Translations under genes and position numbers: made by a program
Notes under the pieces: generated by a model
What the model saw: the letters and a program-made list of their open reading frames with translations, nothing else
Database searches by the model: none
What the model was told of the DNA's origin: nothing
In this document: positions 32,663 to 45,075 of the stretch, one piece after another
Position numbering within the stretch: the stretch's first letter is position 1
Layout of the letters: every line of letters starts with the position of its first letter
Origin: Epithemia pelagica
Taxonomy: Eukaryota; Protista; Bacillariophyta
DNA length: 64,000 nt
Direction: 5' to 3'
Assembly (NCBI GenBank): GCA_946965045.2
Contig: OX337235.1
Location: forward strand, 3,286,001-3,350,000

Positions 32663-35600
32663 TCAATTTGAGGGTGCGCAACAGCATGAACATTGTACAA
32701 GAAGGCAGTCAACGACACCATCTCCACCTTGTGCACTAACGCTTTGACAGACACTTTCCGGAACCACTCCCGTCAAGCCAGGATTGTTCTCCAAATACAA
32801 GTCCTTCAAGACTCCCGACGACAAGCCGGACGATGAGGACAAATCGGGGAGTGGACCGGCAATTTCGGCATTGGAAAGACGCAAGACTCGCAACTGGCTG
32901 AGATTGTCAAAGGCATTGGTGGGCAACGGAGCACCTCCAAATTCATTGTCCGAGAGGTCCAAACCCGTGCTCAATGCCGTCAGGGTGGAGAAACTAGGCA
33001 AGGGCCCCGTGAGTTTGTTGTTTTGCAGAAACAATCCTCGAATCGTAGTCAGGGTCGACAGTTGCGCCGGCATAGGACCATTCAAATTATTGTGGTGCAA
33101 CGACAATTGTGTGATTCTGACCATTCCTTCAATGTCCTCAGGGATGGGGCCCTGGAGCTGATTGTTGTTCATCAAAAGCGCAGTGACGCTTTTTAAAGAG
33201 CGAACCGACGAAGGCAACGATCCAGGCAGGTTGTTGTGGCTGAAATCAACCAATAAAGCGTTACTCCAAAGATCAAACAAGTTGTCTGCGAGAGGCGCCC
33301 CTTGGGACAGGTCATTGCCATTAATCTGAACAAATACCAAGTTGGACAAGGACCTCAACTCATTAGGGATGCCACCTTTGGTCATTCCACCTACACCGTC
33401 TGCATTTCCCTGGTTGTTAATCACCAAAACCTGTAGCTCCGTCAAAAGCGCAAGTTCCGGAACCAGTCCCCCTGTCAATTGATTGTCCACAAATTCCAAA
33501 TTCCGGACTTGCTGGTCGAGGGCACAACCAATTCCATCGGGCTCATCCACGTACCACAAACATTCCGACACTGTGCGACTGAGCCAATTGGTTTTGCGGA
33601 TCCATGACGTGGGGCCATTCGTACTGTGAAAGAAGGTGGCCAGGGCGTAGCGTTGAATCTTGCGAGGATCGCTCACCGAGTTCACAACAGTGTCTTCGGA
33701 CTGCAACCATAAGAACGCCTTTTGTTGAGGCGAGTCTGGGATTAAAATAGCTGCTCCGTCATCCCACCACGACGCTGCAGAAATGAGATCGAACAAAGCT
33801 TGGTCGGTAATGACGTTAGGCGTGGAAGGACTGCTGGTTGGCGATACCGGAGATATGGTAGGTGGAATAGGCGCAGGTGTCGGGATGGTTGCGATAGGAC
33901 CAGAGGGCGCTTCCGAGGGGCCTGATCGCTGTTGCACGGCAGGAGAAGTGTCGTCCTCGTTTTCTCTATCAATGAGTACACCAAGAATGGCGCCCAGTAT
34001 AACGGCCGTTATAATGCAGACACCCAAAAGCAACAACATGACCAACAATATACGTCGTTGGTACCTTCGACGCGTTGTCGTGGTAGTCGCATCGAATGCA
34101 CCATCGCCTTCTCCTCCACCTTCGTCATAGAGGATATCCATTTCATACTCTGTGAGGTCATCGCCTTCTCCTCCACCTTCGTCATAGAGGATATCCATTT
34201 CATACTCTGTGAGGTCATCCTGCTCATTGTCTATGTTCCTGCTATCGGATTGTGAACCGGATTTGTCTTCTTGGTACTTGCTGTCGTATGCACTGGCACC
34301 ACTGGCGTCTTCATTACTGTATGGATTCGCGTCACGTGGTTGCTCGATTCCTCGTCGATTCGTTTTTCCTTTTCTTCTCTTATCATAGTAGCTCACCGCT
34401 TTTTCGGCGTCCAAGTCAATATCATCCTCAAAATTAGTAAAGCTGTCACTGGCAGCGTCCTCGTCATCGCTCACGCCGGCTGGTTCCTGAGGAATACGAA
34501 GTGGACTGCGGTCTTTGTTTAGCTGTGATTTGCGTGTGTAACTACGAGTTGAATGATGAGAAGACGAGGCTGGAGTTGGATACGACGAAGATGAGCCGAC
34601 TGAAACCTGACTTCGTCCGCTAGGATCCTCACCACCCTCGCGTTGATAGAGCTGTGAAGGTGTGAGTGTTATCGGACGACCATATCCAGTATACATTGAT
34701 TGCCTTTGTTGTTGCTCTTCTTGTTGTGGTTGCAATTGTTGTTGTCCTGGTTGCTTTTGACGCAGATTTTGCTGTTGTTGATCGTTATCCATAACTGTTG
34801 ACCGCGCCTGAGGATCGTTTGACCGGCGGCTGCTGTTTGACATACTGTGACGGCTGCCGTTGCTTCTTTTACTTCTACCACTCCTGCTACTGTGACTGCT
34901 GGTACTGTTTCTGGATCGACTTTTCGCTTGCGTTCCACTATCTTGTGATAAAGATGGCGGTTGTCTCGAATTATGAGTAGAAGAGACCGAAGACGAAGCG
35001 CTTGAAGATGCTCCTGGAGGAGGTATTTGTTCTTGGTTCTCCAACGAGAGAACATTTGCTCGTGTCGGTGGGTCTCGATGTTGTTGCGCTTGTTCCGTAG
35101 TTCTTGGAGATGCAGCAGAATCGGGTAATCTCTTTGTAGCGCTCTTACTCTTCTTAGATTTGGGCTTTTTGGCGCGTTTGGATTTTGACGCTTTATGTCG
35201 CTTCTTGCTTTCTCCTTCGACAGAGGAAGGAGGCGTTGAGCGTTCGTGTTCTACCGGTACCAGGAATTCATCTTGAAACGGCACAGCTCCATCGTCTTCA
35301 GGCTCATAAACGTTGTTGAATTCCCATGGGCTTTCGTTTCGACTTTGTGGTTGTTGTTCTGGAACAGATGGCTCGCCATTTTCAACTCCCTGATCCTCTT
35401 GGGAATACGAAAATATAAATGCCGGTGGAGGGGTCTCTTCAGTTTGAAATGCATCGCCATATCCTCTTTGATGTTCGTTATGGTGAGGTTCTTGTGCTTC
35501 TTGAAAAGGTTGTGGAGGCTCGTACACTGAGTCGTATCCTCCTCTGACCTGCTGCGGCTCTTGGTGTTGTAAGTTGGATGGAGGAGTTGGAGGTGGCGGC

Positions 35601-38600
35601 GGTGGCGATGAGAAGGCNNNNNNNNNNNNNNNNNNNNNNNNNNNNNNNNNNNNNNNNNNNNNNNNNNNNNNNNNNNNNNNNNNNNNNNNNNNNNNNNNNN
35701 NNNNNNNNNNNNNNNNNNNNNNNNNNNNNNNNNNNNNNNNNNNNNNNNNNNNNNNNNNNNNNNNNNNNNNNNNNNNNNNNNNNNNNNNNNNNNNNNNNNN
35801 NNNNNNNNNNNNNNNNNATTGTCAAGCGATGCAGAATGAGACTGTGATCTCGAATTTGCATTGCTTCGATTGTCCAGCGATGCAGAATGTGAGTCAGATC
35901 TCGAATATCCTTTACTTTGATTGTCCAGCGATGCAGAATGAGACTGTGATCTCGAATGTGTCTCGCTCCGATCGTCGAGCGATGCAGAATGAGATTGTGA
36001 TCTCGAATTTGCCTCGCTCCGATCGCTCCGATCGTCGCGGAAGCTATCGGAAGCGTCCGTTTCTGTCGCGTCCCTGGATTGTCGCCCTTCGAATTGAGGT
36101 TCTTGCGGCGGCGGTGGGGGCGGAGGAGGAGGAGGTGGTGGTGGTGGACCTGGTGGAGGGGGTGGTCGCTGTGGTGGCTTTGTCAAAGGCGGGGGAGGAC
36201 GCGGAGGAGGTGGTTTCGCTTCTCGAGGAGGTGTTTTTCGTTGAGGTGTATGTTTCGGTTGTGGCGGAAGTTGTGATGGTTGCTCAATAGGTTCCGCTGC
36301 CAATGCCTCGGAGGCAGACACATCCTCTCCACGACTATCTCGTGAAGGCAAAGTTTCACTATCTTCCGTTTCATCCTCTGGACCATCAGTATCGTTTTCA
36401 CTATGGCTCACAGTGCTCCGTGAGCCCTGCTGTGGACCCAACGTGTTCGTTTCACTCGAGTCTGCTTGCCTTTCCGGTTCCTCCCGAGTTGCTGGCGAGT
36501 CGTCGTCCATGGAGGGTACTTCTTGTGGTTGCCTTGGCTGTGTGACTTGTGATTTGGGAGATGGAGGTGCGGTGACGGCCGCGGCGGCCGCGGCGCTGGA
36601 AGGTGATTGATGTCGTTGTCGTCGTGGTGTTTGTTGTTGTGACGGAGGAGGCCGTCGTGTAGCAGTCGCCGCTGCAGCTATTGCCATATCACTGGAAGGA
36701 CGCCGGCGTGGCCGTGAGACTGACCGTGGTGTGGTTGAGGAGGAAGATTTCTTGGACGGTTGCTGTTGCAATTGTTGCAACTGAATTTCCTCCTCTTGTG
36801 GTGGCGGTGGTTCTGGACGCGACTGAGGATTGTCCCTGTGGTTCTGGTTGTTGTCCTTGTGGTCGTCGTCCTCGTAGTAATAGTCGTCGTCGGTATCGGG
36901 GGAACCACCGTCTTGTTCTCCTCCTCGTTGTCGTCGTGGTCGCAAACTATCGCCATCACGAGGATCCGAATCTTCAAACGACGATGACGAGTCATCTTCA
37001 TCGTTGTCATTGTTGGTGGACGATAAGGACGACGATTGTTGTCGTGAGGGAAGGGAAGGAAGTTGTTCGGTTGGAGTGGCCGCCATGTTGTCAATAGTTT
37101 CATCCTGTGCCGGTTGGTCCTCATCGTCGTCTTCGTCGTCATCTTCGGATGTACCACCATCCTGTGGATTGTCACTGTCGTCGTCTTCTCCAAAATCGTA
37201 CAAGTGAGGACGTGGCTCTAATCCTCGACCACCTTCGCTCGGTCCTGGTGAAAAGGGTGCTTCTTCGGGTCGTCGATTGCCAGTATTGTCGTCGTCCGTT
37301 TCGCCCTTGTCGGAAATGGGGGACAAGGAGCCGGCCGATAAGTGACTCATATGACTATTGTTGCTATTGTTGTTGTTGTTGTTGTTGTGTGCCAAGACGG
37401 CTTCCAACAAATCGTAGCGAGAATTGGTGGGTTCCGTGGTGGTTTCGTTGTTGTGGTCGTCCTCGTTCGGCGGTTGGACTCCTCCTCGTCGTCGTCCCCG
37501 TTCCGACGTGACATTGGTGGCCGGACTGGTACTACTGGTACTACTACTACTACTGGTATTTTGCACCACGACATTGGACGAGGTGAGAATGGGAATCGGT
37601 GGAGGTTCCTGCAGGTCCGTGTCATGGTCGCTGGGATCGTCGTCGAGTGCGGCTTGGAGGGCCGAGGACGGCACGAGCGAGGGGGAAAAGGAGGAGGTGG
37701 AGACGGAAAATTCCTTGGTCGTCGTTCTCCGACTGGGTGGCGTCGATGGTGTGGTCGACGTGGTGTTGGGATCCGACTGCAGGTAATTGGAATAAAACAA
37801 GGACGAAGCGGGACTGGAGGGAGACGATTCGGAAGGGTGTGGATCCTCAAAGACGTCCGTTTGCGGCGGCTGGTCGTGGTGGTGGTCATTCGCGTGAGGG
37901 CTGTGCGGATCCGTGTTCAGTGGTTGGTTCGGAGTGTGTGGTTCCTGTTCCTGCTCCTCCTCGTCATTGTCCTCGTCCTCATCATCATCGTCTTTGGTAC
38001 TCATGACACTTGGACCGGCACTGGCACTTTGGCTGGCACTGGCACTTTGACTGGCACTCCCACTCACGTCATCACCACTGGCACTCCCACTCCCACTTTG
38101 GTCGTCGTTGTCATCCTCCTCTTTGTCGTCGTCGTCTTGAGCATGGTGTTTGTCGTCGTCGTCGTCTTCTTCGGGAACACGATCCACAATGCTACTTCGT
38201 CTCGTGGATGCGGCTGGTGATGATGATGACGGAGAGGCATGATGCTGCAAGGAGGCACTGCTTTCTTCATTCCAAAACAAGTGATCGGTCGATTCCATGG
38301 TGACAATGGGATTGTAACTGTTGCTGGTCGTGTCGTGGTTGTGGGCAGTCGTATGATCGTCGTGTCGGTGACTGTCGGAATCACCCAAACTGAGTTGCCA
38401 ACTGGCTTGACTATCGAATGTCGTATGGACCATGCCACGGTCACTGCCACCCGTGGGACTATCAGCGTCGACCGCCGTTGGACTGTGTTGTTGTTGCTGG
38501 TGGTGGTCGACATGGAGAGTGCTGTGATTGCTGCTGTGATTGCTGCTGCTGTACTGACTCAAGTGATCGTCCAGAAATTGGATGGACGTGTCACTGCCCA

Positions 38601-39030
38601 TCAAATCGTCGTCTTGTTGTTGTTCGTCGTCGTCCTGGTAGAGACCCGTGCCAGAATGATTGTAATTGGGGGGATGATCGTACTCTTGTTCTTCAAAGGC
38701 TTTGATGGAAATTTGGCGAGGATCGTACAATTCCTGGTCCGGTTGTTGTTGGTGGTCGTACATCATGGACGACGAAGGGGGCGGTGGCGGATCGTGGGGA
38801 GTGTTGTTGTAATCGGGGTATTCGTAGGCCGTTTCCGGATAGCCTCCATAGGGCTCGGCCAAATGGGGGTCGTCGTCCTGGTCGTCGGGATAGCCGGGCA
38901 ACTCCAACAATTGGACTTCAGTTTCCGTCGTGTGACTTTGCTCGTCGTCGTCATCTTCCGACTCTTCTTCGGTTTCTTCTTGAATTTCCGTCAATCGTTG
39001 CGACAAGGATGGTGACGACGAGGACAACAT
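32663..39030 (-). CDS. Very large type II membrane LRR protein: acidic disordered N-terminus, single TM, C-terminal LRRs; spans the assembly gap
   Basis: ORFs 35251-39099 and 32663-35527 read as similar low-complexity protein on each side of the N-run. TM ILLVMLLLLGVCIITAVILGAILGVLI; LRR cap QRYALATFFHSTNG..W..NWLS..ECLWY; LxLxxNxLxGxIP repeats; CxCC end. One gene is inferred; the frame across the gap cannot be verified. Confidence 0.75.
34102..34219 (-). repeat. 57-bp (19-aa) exact in-frame duplication DDLTEYEMDILYDEGGGEG
   Basis: Copies start at 34102 and 34159. Confidence 0.95.
35618..35817. other. Assembly gap (200 N)
   Basis: Run of n; flanked by a diverged tandem repeat. Confidence 1.
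35818..36030 (-). repeat. ~54-57-bp coding tandem repeat (SRSQSHSASLDN-like, at least 4 copies) running into the gap
   Basis: GCGATGCAGAATG..A..GTGATCTCGAAT recurs four times. Confidence 0.85.
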
Positions 39031-39656
39031 AATGTGTGTATATTCTGTAGAGAAACGGCGGCGGCCTTGTTGTTGTTTCGTTTCGTATTGGCAATCCAAT
39101 AAAAGTGGTTGTGGAACAATCGAGAGATGGATCCAAAAGTCAAAATGTGTTTCGTTCCGGACACACTACGGTCTTCTTATTGTTATTGTTGTTGGATGGA
39201 TACAGTCTCTGTCGTCGTCGTCTTCTTCTCTGTGCCATTCATTCCACCAAGAAGAAGGAGAACCAGAATGGTGCTTCGTTTCTCCCATTCAAGAGGTCGT
39301 CGTCGTCGTCCAAGTCCCACCAAAAACCCACTGACAAATCTGGCGTCGGATGGAACCAAAAAGTGAGCCCAACGGATTTTATTTTTTGGGGACCTGGTAT
39401 TGCCCTCCAATGACCGTTTCCATCTATGCCCCATGAGTCGCGTATCGGTCGTAGAAAGCGCGCTCGCATCCGCGCCGGCCGGGCCACCTGTCACCGTGGA
39501 TTTGAATTCTCAGATTTTTGGGGAAACGCAAAATCGACAAGGCCGAGACGAGCCGCGTTGGTTGTCGGTACGGCACAGTTGGTCCACTGGTTTCAACAAC
39601 CGTGAGTTCTTTTTGCGGTGAACCTTTGGTTCCTCCACTTGTGATTCGTTGTTCCA

Positions 39657-41040
39657 ATGGAGACTATGGAGGATGACGACGACCTGTCGGAGCTCAGCGC
39701 GAGCGTCTCTACCGGACTACAAGAGAGCTCCAGCTCCAGCGACGACCACACCGCCACCGCCGGTACCTTTCAGCGACGAAAACTGCGACGAACCATGACC
39801 GTGGCGAAACCGCGGGAGGAACGGGCGGCGTCCCCTTACGTTCAGGGCTTTGGCGAACGCCACACCACTTGGTCCTGGTTGCAAGAACCAACAGACGGCA
39901 TGTTGTTTCCCGAGGAGCTTGGTTCTTCCATTCTGCAACCAACGAGGAGCTCGCGGGAGTACGATCAAGGAATTTTTTCATGCCACTGGCCCGAATTCGA
40001 TACACGGTGATTGCGGGGGAACGACGGAAGCACAAGAAGGTGGGCGATCGAGACAATGCCAGGTTTGTTTCCGGTCATTACGTTCCGCCAGCCGAGTGCG
40101 GCAAGGCCTTTCGATATGCGTCCAACTCCTTCGCTTCGGCCAACGTTGACCGGAATGGCATTCATACTCTCTCGGAGTATCTCTGGAACGTGGAAGAGGG
40201 CGTTGGTATTGCTCTGAAATATCTGGATCAATGGAAATCTTGCAAAAGGGCGTTGGTCGAGAGGAAACCTCTGGGTGGACTCGGAATCCCTTTGTCATTT
40301 CAAGGCTTGTCGTCGTCCAACGCCAAGCTAATCGCGACACCACTGTTCTCATGTGGCCCCAAGGTAACCCAGGGTGACATGTGGGAGATTTCCGCTACAC
40401 TGGAGGATCTGAAGCAGGGAACTTCGCCACTGGAACTGGTACGTGATGGTGGGAATACCGCCAACCACAAAGTGCTCCCATGCCTTTTGAAAATATCATC
40501 CGAAGGAGCGTTCAGTACGTGGATTCCGCCACGAGAGTGTGGCCGTGCTCGGATGAAACTAAAACAGAGAAGAGTTCACCTGGGCAGTCTGCTGTGCTTT
40601 CTGGAGTGTCCAGTGGGAATGGCGACAGTCATGGAAGATTTGCGTCCTCAAGGTTACGTCGACCTCTCTCCCGAGCATGCCGTGAGAAACGGCGTCTCCG
40701 TGTCTCAGCTGTGGAGGGCACTCAAAGACGTGTTGCGTCAAACATTGGTGCCGGCGGCGAACGCGGGCGTGGTTCATGCAGATCTTCGCCCTGGGTACGA
40801 CCAAACGTCCAACCTGTTGTGGTGTCGTCGATGGAGTGATGACTCCCTACAGCTCCAGCTGATTGACTTTGATAGCGCTTTGGCAGCCCCGAGTCCATCC
40901 CGGATCATGACGACAAGAGAGCGCTGGCGAGTTGCAAAGATCCGGTGAGCTACTTGCTGCTGCAGATAGAAATCAAACGATTGTGTGTGGCACGGGGGAC
41001 CGAGGGGATCAAGTGGTTCCTCTTTGGTTGGATTCTCAAC
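39657..41040 (+). pseudogene. Protein-kinase-like ORF with apparent frameshifts
   Basis: GVVHADLRPG..NLLW (catalytic-loop-like) and LQLIDFDS (DFG-like) in 39869-40948. The N-terminal part (39657-40010) and a plausible C-terminal part are in other frames. Confidence 0.5.
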
Positions 41041-41044
41041 TCGA

Positions 41045-42985
41045 TTACTCATCGCTCGGAAGCTCATTTTCCTCACTGTCGTTCATCATTCTCTTGTGGT
41101 CGTTGGATGCTTCGACGTCAGCGGCAAATCGCAAGGAATTCATGGCACGACGTTTCTTGGTCACCCACTCGCCAATGTCTTCATCGTCCCCATCCAACAA
41201 GAGCAATTCCCATCCTTCCAAGAATCGAGGGAACAAGTACATGCGGCCGGGAATACACAGCAAGGTCATGAAGGGAAAGACAATGGAAATGGCCGACATG
41301 TTTTGCACAAAAAAGACGAGTCCGAAAAAGAGGATTTGCAGAATTGTGTACAAGTGCACCTTTGGCTTCTCCATGTACCGGTTAAAGACAGTATCGGGGT
41401 ACTTGCTAGGTTGTTGCAACCACAACAAGATTCGGTTCCAGAATTGAATGGCCGGCAAGGCAGAAAGATCCATGAACAAAAACACACCATACAAGACAGG
41501 CATAGGCAAGAGCTGCAACACCTTGAGGACCAAGAGGGACAATCCCACCATGAGATGAGAAAAGAACATGGTCAAGCGAGTTTCTTGAACGGAAATAATC
41601 TTGCCATCCTTGTCCTTTTCGGCCAAACTGTTGAGATGGATAATGCAAGGCACCGTTGTGGCGACCAACCAGGGAAGTCCCAAACAGCCATTGATAAAGT
41701 TGAAGAGACCACTGAGGCACAAATCGTAGTTGTAGGCTTCTCCGTGTTGCAAGTTGTGACTCTTGTGGTTGATCAAATGCCAGGTGATACCATTGTCAAG
41801 GAAGCAAAGCAAAAAGGCTCCGAGAGCGGGAGCAGCCGTGACAATCGGCACCCATCCCTTGCCGTTCAAATCCGAAAAGTCGACAAACCAAGAACGAGCA
41901 CCAGCAGCTTCGGCTTGATCCGGACAGTCGTCGGGGAAGAAGGTGAGACAAGTGCTGTCGCAGCATTGGTAGGTCGGTTCAAATCGGTCCGGCACATTGA
42001 GTTGTTCCGTTTCAATGCTGGGGAACAAGAACTCTTTGATCATGGTGGCAATCAAGACAGAAAGAGTCACAGCAAAATCATGGATGGAAGTACGGACACC
42101 TTTGTTGCAAAAGAAGGATGATGTCTTGAAGCTTCGAAAGAAGAAGATGAGAGCAGTCGTACCGAAACCAAGAAGGGTACTCAACAGGGCTACTTCCAGG
42201 TAGCTGTAGTCTTCATCGTCCACGTAATCTTCATGCGACTTGTGGTTCGGGTCAAAGTATCGCAAGATACCGACTTGAGAAAAGGGATCACCCACGGCAT
42301 CCAACACAAAGATACTGACAATCAAAAAGGCAAAGATTTCGTCCGTGAACCGAGTGGCCAAACGGACAACGCGTGTCAAGTCAAAGAAACTGGCCATGAC
42401 ACAGTAGAACAAAAGCCAGCACGACGTCCAGGCATTGAAGGTCAAGAAGGGAACGCCAATGTTTTCAGAGATACGAATGACAGCCTTGGTAAAGGCAAGC
42501 ACAGGTCCAGTGGAACCAATGATACACTAAATCAATGAAAAGCATTGCGAGGATTGTATGAGAAAAGAGCTGTCGATGGTACCAAGAGAGGGTTGAACTA
42601 CCGAACTTACCATGGGCATACCTCCAATCATACTGTATGCGACACCAACCCAAGTCGTGGCCAAAATGGTCTCAACGGCACCAATGCGGTTGTCCGACTC
42701 TTTTCCGTAGACGGCTCCAAAGGTGAGCGTGGGTGCGATAACGGAAATGAAGATGAGCAAGGTAACAGCAATGGTTTTCTGGTTGAAATTGGTCGCCTCC
42801 TTGACCCAGTGAGTTCCGACGGTTCGCTTAAAGTCCTTGATGATACCAATGCCCCATCCTTGCGGCGGGTCCATATGAATCTGTCCAGCTCCTTCGACCA
42901 AGTCGGCGTTGGAGACCGAGCCCCCTGTCGATGTGATGACAGTGGGTTCGTTGATCTTGTCTTCGTTGTATTCCTTGTCCGTCAT
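41045..42985 (-). CDS. SLC4: SLC4-family bicarbonate/anion transporter; exons 42985-42611 and 42526-41045 (618 aa)
   Basis: PTLTFGAVYG, IIGSTGPVL, TRFTDEIFAFL, GLPWLVATTV and VQETRL motifs; GTAAG...TTTAG intron 42610-42527. No obvious organelle presequence. Confidence 0.92.
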
Positions 42986-45075
42986 GGTGAGATAAAAAGT
43001 GTAACGAACGAAACTTGAGTCGCAAAATGAGATCGGATGTTGTCTAGCAATTGCTTTGCCTCCAAAATTGTGAGGTGATGTTATGATTGACGAACTATCA
43101 ATCGACCTGGAGGCTTAGATACTGACACCCATCGCCGCTGACGATGGAAAGAAGCTTGGCTTGGGGGACCCAGGTCGGGGAGGTGGAGATGGATGGTTTC
43201 TCACAAAATTGTTACTTAACGAGTGCACCACGTTCACTCAAAACGTCCGCAGACATGTCTACCGACGGCCAACTCTCAGCTCTCTCTTGACATGTCCCGT
43301 GTACGTTGCTTCTTGATTCATTCTCGCGAACAGTATCCTATTCCATTATCGGACTACTGTAACTCCAATGCTTATCTCCTTCATGTATATCTTGGATCAC
43401 GACGCAGAGGAGTTGTACAAAGAACATTTCGTTGCTTTCTTCCTGGTTTCCACCTTTTCCGTTTCGTGCGTTGCACAGTTTCTTGTCAAATCAGAGACTC
43501 AAAAGAAATAGGAGGACTTAGACATGAAAGAACGGATTTACTCCTAGTATTTAGTTGCTTGTCGCAGAAACGGTGATGAAAGGTGCAAACTTGTCAAGCG
43601 ACGTCTGCTACGTTTTACGTTTGCCAAAAGAGCCATCCCTTTATTCTCACATAGTTGTGCCAAGTACCCTCTACTGTCTCTCTGAAGGCGTTCAGAGTAA
43701 CCAGAAATCAGAAACGACTCTCTTCACGTTTTAGGGTCCGGTGTCCGTTCCTCCTTCATCATTCCATTAATCGACTATCATCTAGATTGGAGAATGAGGT
43801 GGAAAGGTAGGTGGGATAGTTTCTTTCCTCAAAATACACCTTAGAGGCCAAACCATTCATATGTTAATTAGCAAAGAATACTTTGTAGCAACAAGAACGC
43901 TTGAGCAATCCACATTTGGCAGAGCGCTTCTTTGCTGCTGACGTACTTTTCTTCTAGATTCACAGAAAAATCTTGAGAAGGCTTCATTCTTCGAGAAATG
44001 CAATGAATAACGAATCCCATCCTTGCTCTTTTGGAAAATATTCATAAGCTTACTACGGTAGGTAGTTATGCTATTGTCGTGGTAATCAGCAGTCTTCTCA
44101 ACCAAAGGATACCGAAAAACCCATGTGACTTGGAAAACAGAAAACAAGAGGACGCCGAAAGAGAGGATGGAATGGGTGTCTATTTCCGATCAAACCAAGA
44201 AAGGAATCGTATCACAGTCGCCAGGTAAGAGATGGATCCTCCATGAAACGCCTTGTGTACCATCGACTGTCATATGAAGTCCAAGGCTTGCCTCAGATTG
44301 GCCTTGGCGCTCTTTTCAGTGCTAGAGTTTCCCGATTGCTGCCTACCACGGAGCCTGCAGTCAGTCGACAGTGTTTATTCCAATGGATGGATATGAGAAG
44401 TGCTTGCTAGTTGCAAACAAGTGGTGAAGAACCATGGCATCCAAAGCATCGATTTTGTGTTTGCCACATGCCGTGGACAAAGACCAATTGACGCCAGTAC
44501 GACAACTGCTCATTGGCAATTGGCATTGGAATTCACTCACCATTTTGGACACGCGGTCCGTCAAAGACATTCTGGTTCTCCAATTGATACAACCCACCCG
44601 TTGTACCCATTCCAGGACGACTAATGCCAATCACCAATACCAATACGACGAGTAGTCCACAAGTAGAAATAGTAGGATGGTGACGGAACACGTCATGTTT
44701 ACTCACAGCAATTGTAGAAGATCTCTCCCATTCATCCAACGCAACTAGAGTAGGGCAATAAGATGAATAAGTGGAATTAGGTGCTCCTCGTTTGCTGATC
44801 TGACCACCACTAGATTATCGAAAGCAATTCATGGTCTACTGGCGTTTCTTGGTTATGCACTCGCTACTGTCTTTTGGTTGACAAGTGAGTTGGCTTATTA
44901 TGTAAAGTCATGCTATCATTAAAGACAACACGTCGAGTAGAACATTGCGTAAGAAAGACATGGTGTGATGAATATTCAGTCATCCCTGAAAGACAGATCA
45001 GATCTGTTTTAGGAATATGTTGCTTTTTTACGAGCAAAGAATGTGAGCACTTCCTCGTGTTAATGGTTCATTGAA

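Noticed and set aside
36678-39015. Long V/L-rich plus-strand ORFs (e.g. 37342-38220, 38239-39015) that look like membrane proteins
   Set aside because: Antisense reading of the GAC/AAC/CAC-rich LRR gene.
40985-42121. 378-aa plus-strand ORF
   Set aside because: Antisense shadow of SLC4; the same applies to 51143-52114, 53520-54263, 54984-55736 and 59999-60751.
43200-45000. Short ORFs between SLC4 and GT92
   Set aside because: No recognisable coding signal; treated as intergenic or promoter sequence.
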